Assembly (NCBI GenBank): GCA_963846105.1
Contig: CAWJUT010000019.1
Location: forward strand, 81,447-145,446
Reading direction: 5' to 3'
DNA: 64,000 nt
Source: an uncultured delta proteobacterium
GTDB taxonomy: Bacteria; Desulfobacterota; Binatia; UTPRO1
Positions within the stretch are counted from its first letter, which is position 1. Each line of letters opens with the position of its first letter. Positions 54,325 to 64,000 of the stretch are shown here, one piece after another. A model generated the notes under the pieces. That model saw only the letters and a program-made list of their open reading frames with translations, ran no database searches and had not been told where the DNA came from. The position numbers were made by a program, and so were the translations under genes.

Positions 54325-54354
54325 CGGCGTCCTCTGGGCTAGATCTCGCCTAGA
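54325..54354 (+). repeat. 30-bp perfect direct repeat R1, copy b (its last 5 bp overlap the glyoxalase stop codon)
   Basis: Identical to 48378-48407. Confidence 0.9.
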
Positions 54355-54769
54355 TGTAGTGGCGCGCCTCGAGGACGTTGCCGTCGGGATCGCGAAAGTA
54401 GAAGGCGCGCGGCGCCAGGCCGCGGGCGCCGAACGACTGCTCCATCATCGGTGAGGTCGCGACCCCGTGCTCGGCGAGACGGGCGCGAAGCGCTTCGAAC
54501 TCGGCCGTGCTCATCGCCAGGCACAGATGATTGACGGGATGACCGGCACTCCCGGCGGCGCCTGCCATCGCGTCGACCATGGGTGCGCCAGCGCGCATCA
54601 TGAGGTCCACGATGGCGTCGTCGGCGATGCGGACGCTCGGGAAGGGCGCGCGCCCGGCGCGGAACTCCTCGACGCGGACGCCCTCGAGACCGACGACCTT
54701 CTCGTAGAACTCGACGGCGCGCAGCGGATCCTCGACCCAGAACACCACGTGATCGAGACGTGCCTGCAT
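54350..54769 (-). CDS. glyoxalase/bleomycin-resistance/dioxygenase (VOC) family protein
   Basis: VOC fold motifs (LDHVVFWVEDPLRAVEFYEKVVGL, HLCLAMS, YFRDPDGNVLE). The start could be further upstream, up to 54898. Confidence 0.7.
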   Translation of the reverse strand: MQARLDHVVFWVEDPLRAVEFYEKVVGLEGVRVEEFRAGRAPFPSVRIADDAIVDLMMRAGAPMVDAMAGAAGSAGHPVNHLCLAMSTAEFEALRARLAEHGVATSPMMEQSFGARGLAPRAFYFRDPDGNVLEARHYI

Positions 54770-54881
54770 GGAGGCGTTAAACCCCGCTCGCCGGGAGATG
54801 TCCATGCCCCGGCGCTCCGCAGGCTGGCGTGACGGGCCCCGACTAGGATAGCTGTCGACGACGGGAGAGGGGCGCGACACG

Positions 54882-56191
54882 ATGGTCGCTGGTCGCACAC
54901 CGGTGCTGCGAGATCGGCGTTGGCGGCGCGCGTGTGTCGGGGTCGTGGCGCTCGCGCTCGCCGGTGTCGTCGCGCCGCCAGTGACGTCGGCGGACGTTCA
55001 GCCGGGCGACGTGATCGGGCGCGCCAACGCGGAGCGGGTGAAGGATCTCGTGTCGCCCGGTCTCTACTGGTGCGTGCAGCACGGCCTGCCGATGCGGATC
55101 GTCGCCACCAAGCCGGTCGCCTGGCCGCCGCTCTATCGCGAGGCGACGGAGAAGTACTCCGCGCAGGTCAAGCTCTCCGCCGACGGCCTCGCGCTCGAGG
55201 GCTACGTCGCGGGCGCGCCGTTCCCGCACATCGACCGCCGACGACCCCGCGATCGCGACCAAGCTGGTGTGGAACTACAACTACAAGCCGATCAACAACG
55301 ACGACTTCGATCTCCACAACTTCGACGCCGACACCGGGCCGATCTCGGACACGCGTGGGATGGACGTCGAGCGCCACTTCGTGATCGAGGACTTTCGCCG
55401 CCTCTGGTACGTGAACCGGCTCTACGTCGATCCCAAGCCGACGCTGCCGAACAGCGCGGGGGTCGCCTACAAAGAGACGCTCCATCCGTTCATCGAGCCC
55501 TTCGACTTGAAAGGCGTCGGCATCACCTATCACCGCTTCCTGCGCGCCACTGCGCCACGACGAGATCTGGCTCTACTTTCCCATGTTGCGACGGGTACGC
55601 CGGCTCTCGACCGCGCATCGCTCCGATGCGCTGCTCTCGCAGGACACGGATCTCGACAGCTACTACGGCTACAGCGGCCAGCCCGGGTGGATGGAGTGGA
55701 AGTACCTGGGCGAGCGCGACCTGCTCGCCGTGCGCCACGCGGAGCGTTTCCCGGTCAAGTGGGCCGACCCTCCGGCCGACTGGGCGTTCGACGACGTGTG
55801 GGAGAAGATCCGCGTCTGGGTGGTCGAGGGCACGTCGAAAGTGCCGGAGTACGCGTACTCGAAGCGCGTGCTCTACATCGACCAGGACAACTACGTGGTT
55901 CCCTACGCCGACATGTACGACCGCGGCGGCGAGCTGTGGAAGATCTGGCTCAACGACGTCAACTACGCGAACAGCCCGTTCCCGGGAGCAAGGACGGCGA
56001 TCTACCCCTTCGAGCAGCCGTTCGCTCCGTCGATCATCATGGTGGACGTGCAGCTCGATCACGCCACCAGGGCTGCCCTGCCGAGCCTGGCCTTCCCCGG
56101 GGAGGAAGGCTGGTTCTACAACATGGGCGCGCGCTCCGGCACGACCGAGGACCAGTTCTCGGTCGCCGAGCTGGTGCGATCAGGGCGCTGA
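54882..56191 (+). pseudogene. secreted DUF1329-like protein (two frameshifts)
   Basis: Has a signal peptide (VGVVALALAGVVAPPVTSA). The remainder is consistent with DUF1329-like proteins (WNYNYKPINNDDFDLHNF, GELWKIWLNDVNYANSPFPG). The assignment is tentative. Confidence 0.45.
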
Positions 56192-56193
56192 CG

Positions 56194-56970
56194 CTAGATC
56201 AGCGCACGGAGGGCGCGGATTGTGCAACGCGATCGATCGCTGACGAGCTCGAAGCGCACGCCGCCGATCACGACGCTCTCCCCTTCGACGCCGAGGCCAC
56301 GCGTGCGTGCGGTCGCCAGCGCCCGCGGCGCGTCGACAGCGGCGACGCCGACCGCGACGACTCCTTCCCCGCGCTGATCGGCGGCGACGAAGCGAATCGC
56401 GCCGGGCTCGAGCTCCAGGCTCGATGACCGCGGCGCCGGGAGCCCCAGGACCTCGGCCCAGCGCGTCGCCATGGCCGCCGGATCGGAAGCCGCAACGGTG
56501 ACGCTCGTGATCCCGCGCACGACATCGGTCCGTACCTTCGCCGGCCACTCCGGTCCGGCCCAGCGCCAGGATGCCGGCGGACGGGGCTCGTCGAGCGAGA
56601 CGATGGCGCCGCCGACGTCACGCGGATGCAGGTGGACGGTGGCGATGTCGTCGAGCGCGATCTCCCATGCGATGCGCACACCGAGCGTCGCCAGACGGCG
56701 GCGGTCCGCGTCGAGATGCGCGGTCTGGAGGATCACCATGTAGCCGCCGTCGCCGCCGCGCTTGTCGAGGAGGCGTCCCGCGGTCGTGTCCGGTCGCACG
56801 GGCGACACCACCTCGAGAAACGTCTGCCCGACCGGCATGACGGCGTTGTGGAGGCCGAAGGCGGCGACGCCAGGATCGTGGAACGCGACCTCGATCCCGA
56901 GGACCGCGCACAGATCGGCGACCACCGGCTCGAGCGCGCGCGCCACCAGCGCGATCTGACGGATGTGCAT
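56194..56970 (-). CDS. tandem-domain VOC/glyoxalase-family protein
   Basis: Two VOC-like halves (MHIRQIALVARALEPVVADLCAVLGIEVAFHDP and a second domain with AVHLHPRDVGGAIVSL). Confidence 0.65.
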   Translation of the reverse strand: MHIRQIALVARALEPVVADLCAVLGIEVAFHDPGVAAFGLHNAVMPVGQTFLEVVSPVRPDTTAGRLLDKRGGDGGYMVILQTAHLDADRRRLATLGVRIAWEIALDDIATVHLHPRDVGGAIVSLDEPRPPASWRWAGPEWPAKVRTDVVRGITSVTVAASDPAAMATRWAEVLGLPAPRSSSLELEPGAIRFVAADQRGEGVVAVGVAAVDAPRALATARTRGLGVEGESVVIGGVRFELVSDRSRCTIRALRALI

Positions 56971-56975
56971 CACGC

Positions 56976-57773
56976 TCACCGGCCCTGGAAGCGCGGCGGG
57001 CGCTTCTCGAGAAAGGCCGTCACGCCTTCCTTGTGGTCCTGGGTCTGGCCGCAGCGCAGGTGGGTGATCGCCTCGCGATCGAGCATGGTGCGGAAGTCGC
57101 TGGTGAGCGCGAGGTCGACGTTCTCCTTCATGTAGCGGTAGCTGACCAGCGGCCCGTGCGCGATGCGACGCGCGATCTCCTGTACCTCGGCGAGAAAGGT
57201 CTCGTGCGGAAGGACACGGTTCACGAGCCCGAGCCGCAACGCCTCGTCGGCCGGGATCATGTCGGCCAGGAAGAAGAGCTCTTTCGCCTTCGCCGGCCCG
57301 ACCCGACGCGTCAGCTGCCAGGTGGTTCCGAAGTCGCCACCGAAACCCACCTTGGCGAACGCGGTGCCGAAGCGCGCGCGGTCGGAGGCGAAGCAGAGGT
57401 CGCACGAGAGCGCGATGCCGAACCCCGCGCCGGCCGCGGCGCCGTGGACGGCCGCGATCGTGACCTTCGGGATCGTCGCCAGCAGCCACGAGAGCTCGTG
57501 CATCTCGTGCTGGCGGTCGACGTGCTGCTCGAACGTCTTGCGGGCGCCTGCCGCGCCCATCGCCGAGACGTCACCACCGGCGCAGAAGCCGCGCCCCGCG
57601 CCGGTGAGCAGGACCGCGCCGACCTCGGGGTCGGTCGCGCAGCGCCGCAGATAGGCGACGGCGGCGTCGATCATCGCGTCGGAGAGGGCATTCAGCTTGT
57701 CGGGGCGGTTGAGCGTCACGGTCGCGAGGCGGTCGTCGAGCGTGAACGTGCAGTCGTCGGTGGTCGGCTCCAT
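56976..57773 (-). CDS. enoyl-CoA hydratase/isomerase (crotonase family)
   Basis: Crotonase motifs (LNRPDKLNAL, AVLLTGAGRGFCAGGD, AAVHGAAAGAGFGIALSCD). Confidence 0.8.
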   Translation of the reverse strand: MEPTTDDCTFTLDDRLATVTLNRPDKLNALSDAMIDAAVAYLRRCATDPEVGAVLLTGAGRGFCAGGDVSAMGAAGARKTFEQHVDRQHEMHELSWLLATIPKVTIAAVHGAAAGAGFGIALSCDLCFASDRARFGTAFAKVGFGGDFGTTWQLTRRVGPAKAKELFFLADMIPADEALRLGLVNRVLPHETFLAEVQEIARRIAHGPLVSYRYMKENVDLALTSDFRTMLDREAITHLRCGQTQDHKEGVTAFLEKRPPRFQGR

Positions 57774-57927
57774 GGTCTCTCCTCGAGGCGTGGGTAACAC
57801 GAAGGCGATGGCGAGGAGAAGGGGACGTGGCGGCAATCGAGCCCTCGGCGCGTGTGTGGCCCTTTCGAGCACGAGACCACTGAACCTGGCATCTGCAAGG
57901 TTATTGCTCTCGAGAGCCGGCTGGTGC

Positions 57928-58377
57928 ATGACTGCCGGTATGACTCGCGCGTCCAGCTATCGGATCGGAGAGGTCGCGGCGTTCCTCGGAACCAGCCCGG
58001 ACACGGTGCGACGATGGGCGGACAGCGGGCGACTGCGTACGCGCCGCACCGCGGGCGGCCAGCGCCTCGTGGACGGTGCCGTCCTGGCGCGCTTTCTCAC
58101 GGCGCTCGGGAAGTCTCCGGAGCCTGACGCGGTCGCCGGACACTCGGCGCGCAACCGCTTTCCCGGCATCGTGACGCGGGTCGTGAAGGACAAGGTCATG
58201 GCCCACGTCGAGATCCAGGCCGGCCCTCACCGGGTGGTGTCGTTGATGTCCAGGGAGGCCGCCGACGAGCTCGGGCTCGCACCCGGCATGCGCGCGGTCG
58301 CCGCCGTCAAAGCCACCAACGTCCACGTCGACGTGCCGCGCAGTGAGCGCGCGACACGCAGGCGGGGTGTCGAATGA
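57928..58377 (+). CDS. MerR/excisionase-type HTH plus TOBE (molybdopterin-binding Mop) domain regulator, ModE-like
   Basis: HTH (YRIGEVAAFLGTSPDTVRRWADSGRL) followed by a TOBE domain (SARNRFPGIVTRVVKDKVMAHVEIQAG...). Immediately upstream of modA with a 4-bp overlap. Confidence 0.65.
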   Translation: MTAGMTRASSYRIGEVAAFLGTSPDTVRRWADSGRLRTRRTAGGQRLVDGAVLARFLTALGKSPEPDAVAGHSARNRFPGIVTRVVKDKVMAHVEIQAGPHRVVSLMSREAADELGLAPGMRAVAAVKATNVHVDVPRSERATRRRGVE

Positions 58378-59144
58378 GCACGCGAGCGGCGATGGCGATC
58401 TGGCTGCTGGCGTGCGTGCTCGCGACGGCTCGCGTCGGGCTTGCCGGGGAGGTGATGGTATTCGCAGCCGCGAGCTTGACGGACGCGCTCCAGGAGCTCG
58501 GGAAGTCGTGGGAAGCAGCCAAGCCCGGAGGCTCGACGGACACGATCAGCTTCAGCTTCGGGGCGTCGAGCGACCTTGCTCGACAGATCAAGGCAGGCGC
58601 CCCCGCTGACGTCTTCTTTTCCGCCGACGTGGCGCGCATGGAGGAGGTGGAGCAGGCGGGCCTGATCGACCGCGGCGAGCGACGCGACGTGCTGTCGAAC
58701 GTCCTCGTCGTGATCGTCCCCAAGGCCTCGACCATCGAGATCAAGGCTGCCGGCGACCTCACGAAGCTCGGGCGGCTCGCGCTCGCCAATCCCGACGCCG
58801 TTCCGGCCGGGGTCTACGCGAAGAAATATCTCGAGGCGCAGAAGGTGTGGGGTGCGCTGGCGGACAAGGTGGTCCCGACCGTCGACGTGCGCGCCGCGCT
58901 CGCGGCGGTCGAGTCGGAGAACGTCGATGCGGGCATGGTCTATCGCACCGATGCGATGATCTCTGAGCGCTTGCGCGTCGCGTTCGAGGTCGGACGCAGC
59001 GAGGGGCCGGCGATCATCTACGCGCTCGCGCCGCTGAAGAACCCGCGCAACCCGCGCGCGCGCGACGTGGCGCGCTTTCTCGCATCCAAGGAGGCCGCGC
59101 GCGTCTACGAGCGCTCCGGCTTCATCGTTCTCACATCGCCGTAG
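58374..59144 (+). CDS. modA: molybdate ABC transporter substrate-binding protein
   Basis: Signal peptide plus ModA-like sequence (VMVFAAASLTDALQEL...ADVFFSAD...MVYRTDA). Confidence 0.8.
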   Translation: MSTRAAMAIWLLACVLATARVGLAGEVMVFAAASLTDALQELGKSWEAAKPGGSTDTISFSFGASSDLARQIKAGAPADVFFSADVARMEEVEQAGLIDRGERRDVLSNVLVVIVPKASTIEIKAAGDLTKLGRLALANPDAVPAGVYAKKYLEAQKVWGALADKVVPTVDVRAALAAVESENVDAGMVYRTDAMISERLRVAFEVGRSEGPAIIYALAPLKNPRNPRARDVARFLASKEAARVYERSGFIVLTSP

Positions 59145-59147
59145 CCT

Positions 59148-59829
59148 GTGCTGGCGCCCGAGGATCTCCAGGTCGTTCTCTTCACGGTCCGTATCGCGGC
59201 GCTCGGGACACTCCTCATCTTGATTCCGGGGGTCGCTGCGGCGCTCGCCCTGGCGCGATACCAGGGACCGGGGAAGGGTGCGTTGGAGACCGTTCTTTCC
59301 CTACCGCTCGTTCTGCCGCCGACGGCGGTCGGCATCTTTCTGCTCGAGACCTTCGGCCGTCGTGCACCGCTCGGCTCGATGCTCGCCGCCTCCGGGATCG
59401 AGGTGGTGTTCACATGGAAGGCGGTGCTCCTCGCCTCCACCGTGATGTCGTTCCCGCTCCTGGTGCGCTCGGCCCGCACCGCGTTCGAGGAAATCGATCC
59501 GCGCCTGGTCGGCATCGCGCGCACGCTCGGCTGCGGTGCGATCGCGGCCTTCTTTCGCGTCACGCTGCCGCTGGCGTGGCGCGGCGTGCTCGCCGGCACC
59601 GTGCTCGCCTTCGCGCGGGCGCTCGGTGAGTTCGGCGCCACCGTGATGATCGCCGGCAACATCCCCGGTCGCACCCGTACGCTCGCGCTCGCCATCTTCA
59701 ACGACTCGCAGATCGGCCGCGACGATCATGCCCGGCGTTCTCGCCGGCGTCACGGTTGCGTTGGCGTTTGCGACGCTGTGGACGGCGGAGATCGTCACGC
59801 GACGTCGTACGCGCAGGTCGGCGACGTGA
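59148..59829 (+). CDS. modB: molybdate ABC transporter permease (frameshift near 59720 gives proper final TM and stop)
   Basis: EAA-loop region (ARTLGCGAIAAFFRVTLPLAWRGVLAGTVLAFARALGEFGATVMIAGNIPGRTRTLALAIF). The +1 frame after 59720 encodes a final TM helix and TGA. As sequenced, frame 0 runs on as a modB-modC fusion. Confidence 0.6.
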
Positions 59830-60884
59830 TCGAGCTCGACATCGAGCTGCCGCTGGCGGGCTTCGCGCTGCGCGTCGAGGCGCGGCTGCCCGGCGGAGTG
59901 ACGGCGGTCATGGGCCCTTCGGGCGCGGGGAAGACGTCGCTCCTCGAGGCCATCGCCGGTCTCCGCCGTCGCACACATGGTCGCATCGCCGTGGACGGAG
60001 ATCTGTTCCTCGACGCCGCAACCGGTGTAAACCTGCGGCCGGAGCGCCGGCATGTCGGCTACGTTCCCCAGGACGCCGGGCTCTTTCCGCATCTGACCGC
60101 GCTCGCCAACGTGTGCTTCGGCGCGCATCGGAACGAGCCGCACGTTCGATCCGCGGTCGAAACGCTGGCGCTCGCCCCGCTCCTCGATCGCTACCCTGCC
60201 ACCCTGTCAGGCGGCGAGAAGCAGCGGGTGGCGTTGGCGCGGGCGCTGGCGACGGGCCCGCGGCTGCTGCTCCTCGACGAGCCGCTGGCCGCGCTCGACA
60301 TCGGACTCCGCGAGCGCATCCTGCCGTATCTCCAGCGCATCCGCGTCGAGTGGAACATGCCGATCCTGTACGTGACCCACAATGTGGGTGAGGCGCTGTC
60401 ACTCGCCGAGCGGGTGCTGCTTCTGCGCGCCGGCGCAGTCGAGGCCGACGGTCCGCCGCTCGAGTTGCTCGCTGCGCTCGGGCTCTCGCAGCAGGGAGAC
60501 ATCGAGAATCTTCTGCCCGCCCAGGTCATCGCCCACGATGCAACCGGCGGCGTCACCAACGTCGTACTCCCAGGCGGCACCTTGCTGTCCGTTCCGCTGG
60601 TATCCTCCCACCGCCCCGGTGAGGCGCTCACGCTCGCCGTCCGTGCCGAGGACGTCCTGGTCGCGATCGAGGTCCCGCACGGTCTCTCGGCGAGGAACGT
60701 GGTGGCGGCGCAGGTGGTCGCCGCGGAGTCGGTCGGCACCGACGTGCTGCTACGGTGCGCGGTTGCCGCGGAAGCCCGCCCCTGGCTCGTCCGTCTCACG
60801 CCGGCGGCGGTCGCGAGTCTCGGACTGACACCAGGCCGGTCGGTGTGGTTGGCGGTGAAGAGCCACTCGGTACGGATCGTCTGA
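59827..60884 (+). CDS. modC: molybdate ABC transporter ATP-binding protein with C-terminal TOBE
   Basis: Walker A (GPSGAGKTS), signature (LSGGEKQRVALARA), Walker B (LLLDEP) and a C-terminal TOBE-like domain. Confidence 0.8.
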
Positions 60885-61010
60885 AGCCGCTCCCCGCGCA
60901 TGCGGTCCCTGAAGTTGATGGCTCATCGACTTTTCGACATGCTGCGGGTCCGTCGCGCCGGCTCGACGGCCGCACATCCGCTCGCCGAAGCGGCGGGCAG
61001 GAGGCTGAGA

Positions 61011-61861
61011 TGAATCCCATGAATCGATTCGCTCTGTCGCGTGCCTCGTAACGGTTCTCGCAACCAGCGTGACGGCGAACGCCGAGCCACGATGGCTGAC
61101 CCTGCCCGCCACGCCGACGCTGCCCAAGGCCGCGCGCAGCGGGTATGCGCCGGTGAACGGCGTCAAGATCTGGTACGCCGTCTTCGGTCACGGCGAAACG
61201 GTGATCCTGCTCCACGGCGGGCTCGGGCACTCCGACTACTGGGGCAACCAGGTGCCGGCGCTGGCGAAGCGCTATCAGGTCGTCGTCATGGACAGCCGCG
61301 GCCACGGGCGAAGCTCGCGCAACGAGGAGCCCCTCGGGTACCACCTGATGGCCTCCGACGTGCTCGGCGTGATGGACTTCCTGAAGGTCGAGAGGGCGGC
61401 GCTCGTCGGCTGGAGCGACGGAGCGATCGTCGGCCTGGACATCGCGATCAATCATCCCGATCGCCTGACCAAGCTCTTCGCCTTCGGCGCGAATTCCGAC
61501 CCGAGCGGCGTGAAGGACGTCGCGCAGAGCGCCGTGTTCAACGCCTACATGGTGCGGGCCGAGAAGGAGTACGCGAAGCTGTCGCCGACGCCGGAGGGGT
61601 ACAAGTGCGTTCCTCGATCAGACCATGAAGATGTGGGCGACGCAGCCGAACTTCACCGCCGAGCAACTACAAGGCATCAAGGTGACGACCTGGATCGTCG
61701 ATGGCGATCGCGACGAGGCGATCAAGCGGGAGAACACCCTGTTCATGGCCGACCACATCCCCGATGCCGGGCTGCTGCTCCAACCCAGGGTCAGTCACTT
61801 CTCGCCGCTGCAGGATCCGCAGCAGTTCAACGAGGACGTGCTGCGATTCCTCGGTCAATAG
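61011..61861 (+). pseudogene. alpha/beta-hydrolase-fold protein (secreted; frameshifts near 61040 and 61610)
   Basis: GGAGG RBS and a split signal peptide. Motifs include HGGLGHSDYW, the nucleophile elbow GWSDGA, and a C-terminus with D..D...H (IVDGDRDEAI...HFSPLQ). Confidence 0.6.
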
Positions 61862-62515
61862 TCGCCGCGGGAACGCGTGACGCGCGCGTCGGTTGGCGTC
61901 GAGTTCCTTCTCCCGCGGCTTGCTGAGGTCGGCGGCGAAAGCCGTGTAGAGGGTGCGCTTCGGAGCCGCGAAGACGTTCCGCACCATCGGCTCGAAGAAA
62001 GCGAGCGGCAGGATCTCACCTTTGGGATCGAACGCAGGACCGTCGTAGCGCTCGCAGAAGAGGGCCGTCCGCTCGAAGCACGGATGGCCGCGGAACTGCT
62101 CACGCTGATTCCGGTCCATGCCGAGGTGGTGGAAGAAGTAGTAGCCCTGGAAAATGCCGTGCTGCGCGACCATCCAGTGATTGGCCTCGGACACGAACGG
62201 CTTCAGTACCGCGGCCGCGACGTCGGCATGGTTGAACGATCCGAGCGTGTCGCCGATGTCGTGGAGCAGCGCGCAGACCACGTACTCCTCGTCCTCGCCG
62301 GCGCGATGCGCGCGGGTGGCGGTCTGGAGCGAGTGCTGCAATCGGTCGACGGCGAACCCGCCGTAGTCGCCATCGAGGAGTTGCAGGTGCGCCAGCACGC
62401 GGTCCGGAAGTCCCTGCACGAACCGCAGGTAGTCGGTACTGATGATGGCCCAATCTTCGGTCGTGCTGTTTTCCATGGTGGTGAAGCTGGCGCGGGGCGC
62501 GTCGGTGTGTCTCAT
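61855..62515 (-). CDS. HD-domain phosphohydrolase
   Basis: HD motif (ALLHDIGDTLGSFNHADVAA). The C-terminal boundary is uncertain. Confidence 0.55.
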
Positions 62516-62593
62516 GGTCTCGTCCTCCGTCGTGCTTCCCGGACGTAACACGCGACGGGTGCGTGTGGAAGAAGCCAGGCGTCCTCGGTAGCG

Positions 62594-63352
62594 CTATGCG
62601 CTCGGCTTGGCCGCGCCGAGGAACGCCGGCCGCTCGCCGCCGCCGTGCACCAGGACGCTCGCGCCGCTCACGTAGCGCGCGAGCGGCGAGGCGAGAAAGA
62701 GGCACACGTCGGCGACGTCGGCAGGCTCGCCCATGCGGCCGAGCGGCACGGTCGCGCCGACGGCCGCGACGCCGGCTTCGTCGCCGTAGTGCAGGTGCGC
62801 CTGCTCGGTGCGGATGAGGCCGGCGGTGATCGCGTTCACGCTGACCTTCGGCGCCCACTCGACGGCGAGCGTCTGGGTGAGATTGAGGAGGCCGGCCTTG
62901 GCGGCGCCGTAGGCGGCCGTGCCGGGCGAGGGCCGCGTGCCGCTCACGCTCGCGATGTTGATGATGCCGCCGCCTTCCGCCTGCTGCTGCATGACGGCGT
63001 TGGCGCGCTGGGCGAAGCAGAGCGGGGCGATGAGATTGAGGGTGATGATCGCGGTCGAGAAGCGCGGCGAGGCGGTTGCCGCGTCGGCGGGCGGCGAGCC
63101 GCCGGCGTTGTTCACCAGCACGTCGAGACGGCCGAAACGGTCGAGCGCGCCCTGCACGACGCGATCGATCTGCTCGACGTCGCGGACGTCGGCGGCGACG
63201 AACACGGCGCGGCGGCCGCCGCTCGCGGGAATGTCGTCAGGCTGGTTGCGCCCGCAGATCACCACCTCGGCGCCGCTCGCGAGAAAGCGCTCGGTGATGC
63301 CGCGGCCGATTCCCTTGCCGCCGCCGGTGACGACGACGACCGTGCCCGACAT
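62594..63352 (-). CDS. short-chain dehydrogenase/reductase
   Basis: TGGGKGIGRGI glycine motif, NNAG, and the YxxxK catalytic region (AYGAAKAG). Confidence 0.8.
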   Translation of the reverse strand: MSGTVVVVTGGGKGIGRGITERFLASGAEVVICGRNQPDDIPASGGRRAVFVAADVRDVEQIDRVVQGALDRFGRLDVLVNNAGGSPPADAATASPRFSTAIITLNLIAPLCFAQRANAVMQQQAEGGGIINIASVSGTRPSPGTAAYGAAKAGLLNLTQTLAVEWAPKVSVNAITAGLIRTEQAHLHYGDEAGVAAVGATVPLGRMGEPADVADVCLFLASPLARYVSGASVLVHGGGERPAFLGAAKPSA

Positions 63353-63377
63353 GTCGAAGCCGTTCGCCACGCCCAGC

Positions 63378-64000
63378 CTAGAGGCCGATCCGCTGCGCGA
63401 CCAGCTCGCGGTGATGGCTCGCGTCGCCGAGAAGGATCGCGCTCGAGCGCGCGCGCTTGAAATAGAGATGCACGTCGTACTCCCAGGTGAAGCCGACGCC
63501 GCCGTGGATCTGGATGCTCTCGGCGGCGCAGCGAAAGTAGGCATCGGAGCAATACGCTTTGGCGAGCGACGCGGCCACCGGCAGCTCCGCGTCGTCCTCG
63601 GAGGCGGCCCAGCCGGCGAAGTAGCTCGCCGAGCGCGCCGACTCGACCAGCAACAGCATGTCGGCGCACTTGTGCTTGATCGCCTGGAACGAGCCGATCG
63701 GCCGGCCGAACTGTACGCGTTGCTTGGCGTAGGCGACGGACAGATCGAGGCAGCGCTGTGCGCCGCCGACCTGTTCGGCGGCGAGCGCGACGGCGGCGAG
63801 GTCGAGCGTCTTGCGAAGCACGCGCCAGCCTTCGTGTTCTTCGCCGAGCAGCGCCGAGGCCGGTACGCGGACGTCGCTGAGCCCGATCTCGGCCTGCTTG
63901 CGGGTCTGATCCATCGTGCCGAGCGCGCGGCGTTCGACGCCGGGCGCGCTCGCGGGCACGGCGAAGAGGCTCACACCCTCCTCGCCGCGCGACCCCTCGC
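63378..64000 (-). CDS. acyl-CoA dehydrogenase (C-terminal part; N-terminus lies beyond the window end)
   Basis: ACAD C-terminal domain (GRPIGSFQAIKHKCADMLLLVESARSASYFAGWAA...IHGGVGFTWEYDVHLYFKRA). The ORF is open to the window edge. Confidence 0.75.
   Translation of the reverse strand, partial: EGSRGEEGVSLFAVPASAPGVERRALGTMDQTRKQAEIGLSDVRVPASALLGEEHEGWRVLRKTLDLAAVALAAEQVGGAQRCLDLSVAYAKQRVQFGRPIGSFQAIKHKCADMLLLVESARSASYFAGWAASEDDAELPVAASLAKAYCSDAYFRCAAESIQIHGGVGFTWEYDVHLYFKRARSSAILLGDASHHRELVAQRIGL

Noticed and set aside
59148-60884. A genuine ModB-ModC fusion protein.
   Set aside because: It is possible as sequenced. A +1 shift yields a canonical final TM helix plus a TGA-GTG overlap, and the window has many other single-base indels, so two genes is the favoured reading. 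Confidence is reduced, not zero.

Overview
This is a very GC-rich (~70%) bacterial chromosomal fragment with high coding density. Myxobacterial-style cysteine-rich secreted repeats suggest a Myxococcota-like origin, though that is an inference. I can support roughly 60 protein-coding genes from the sequence and found no rRNA, tRNA or CRISPR array. High-GC six-frame noise leaves many start codons uncertain.

Four clusters stand out:
- 1-15.4 kb: an envelope and glycoconjugate locus. It holds a partial FG-GAP/ASPIC-UnbV-haloperoxidase fusion, an FGE-sulfatase-fold protein, three polytopic GT-C/GT39-like membrane proteins, an SGNH hydrolase, a WD40 lipoprotein, and a 3.5-kb purple-acid-phosphatase-like gene carrying 15 tandem 32-residue four-Cys repeats.
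- 21-29 kb: a lipid or steroid side-chain beta-oxidation-like block (nitronate monooxygenase, acyl-CoA dehydrogenase, SDR, a split MaoC hydratase pair, a double-hotdog hydratase).
- 36.9-47.5 kb: an oxidative tailoring cluster with two inverted paralogous P450s, two TetR regulators, a CMD-like protein, a HIBADH-like dehydrogenase, two SDRs, an aldehyde dehydrogenase, a CYP51-ferredoxin fusion, an NTF2-like protein and a polytopic membrane protein. Together these point to sterol metabolism.
- 48.4-54.4 kb: a segment bracketed by perfect 30-bp direct repeats. Inside it a 50-bp duplicated operator/promoter element flanks a large wHTH-AAA-TPR regulator, followed by a lower-GC secreted protein of no recognisable family. 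This is the most novel-looking structure in the window.

The window ends with a glyoxalase-fold protein, a DUF1329-like secreted protein, a tandem-VOC protein, a crotonase, a molybdate regulator with modABC, an alpha/beta hydrolase, an HD protein, an SDR and a partial acyl-CoA dehydrogenase.

Two further observations cut across the window. A 1.2-kb segment carrying a BNR-repeat lipoprotein gene sits inside the SDR-MaoC operon, flanked by a 23-bp perfect duplication. At least 60 single-base frameshifts are concentrated in particular gene blocks; many junctions sit in homopolymer runs, so these could be sequencing indels or real pseudogenes.
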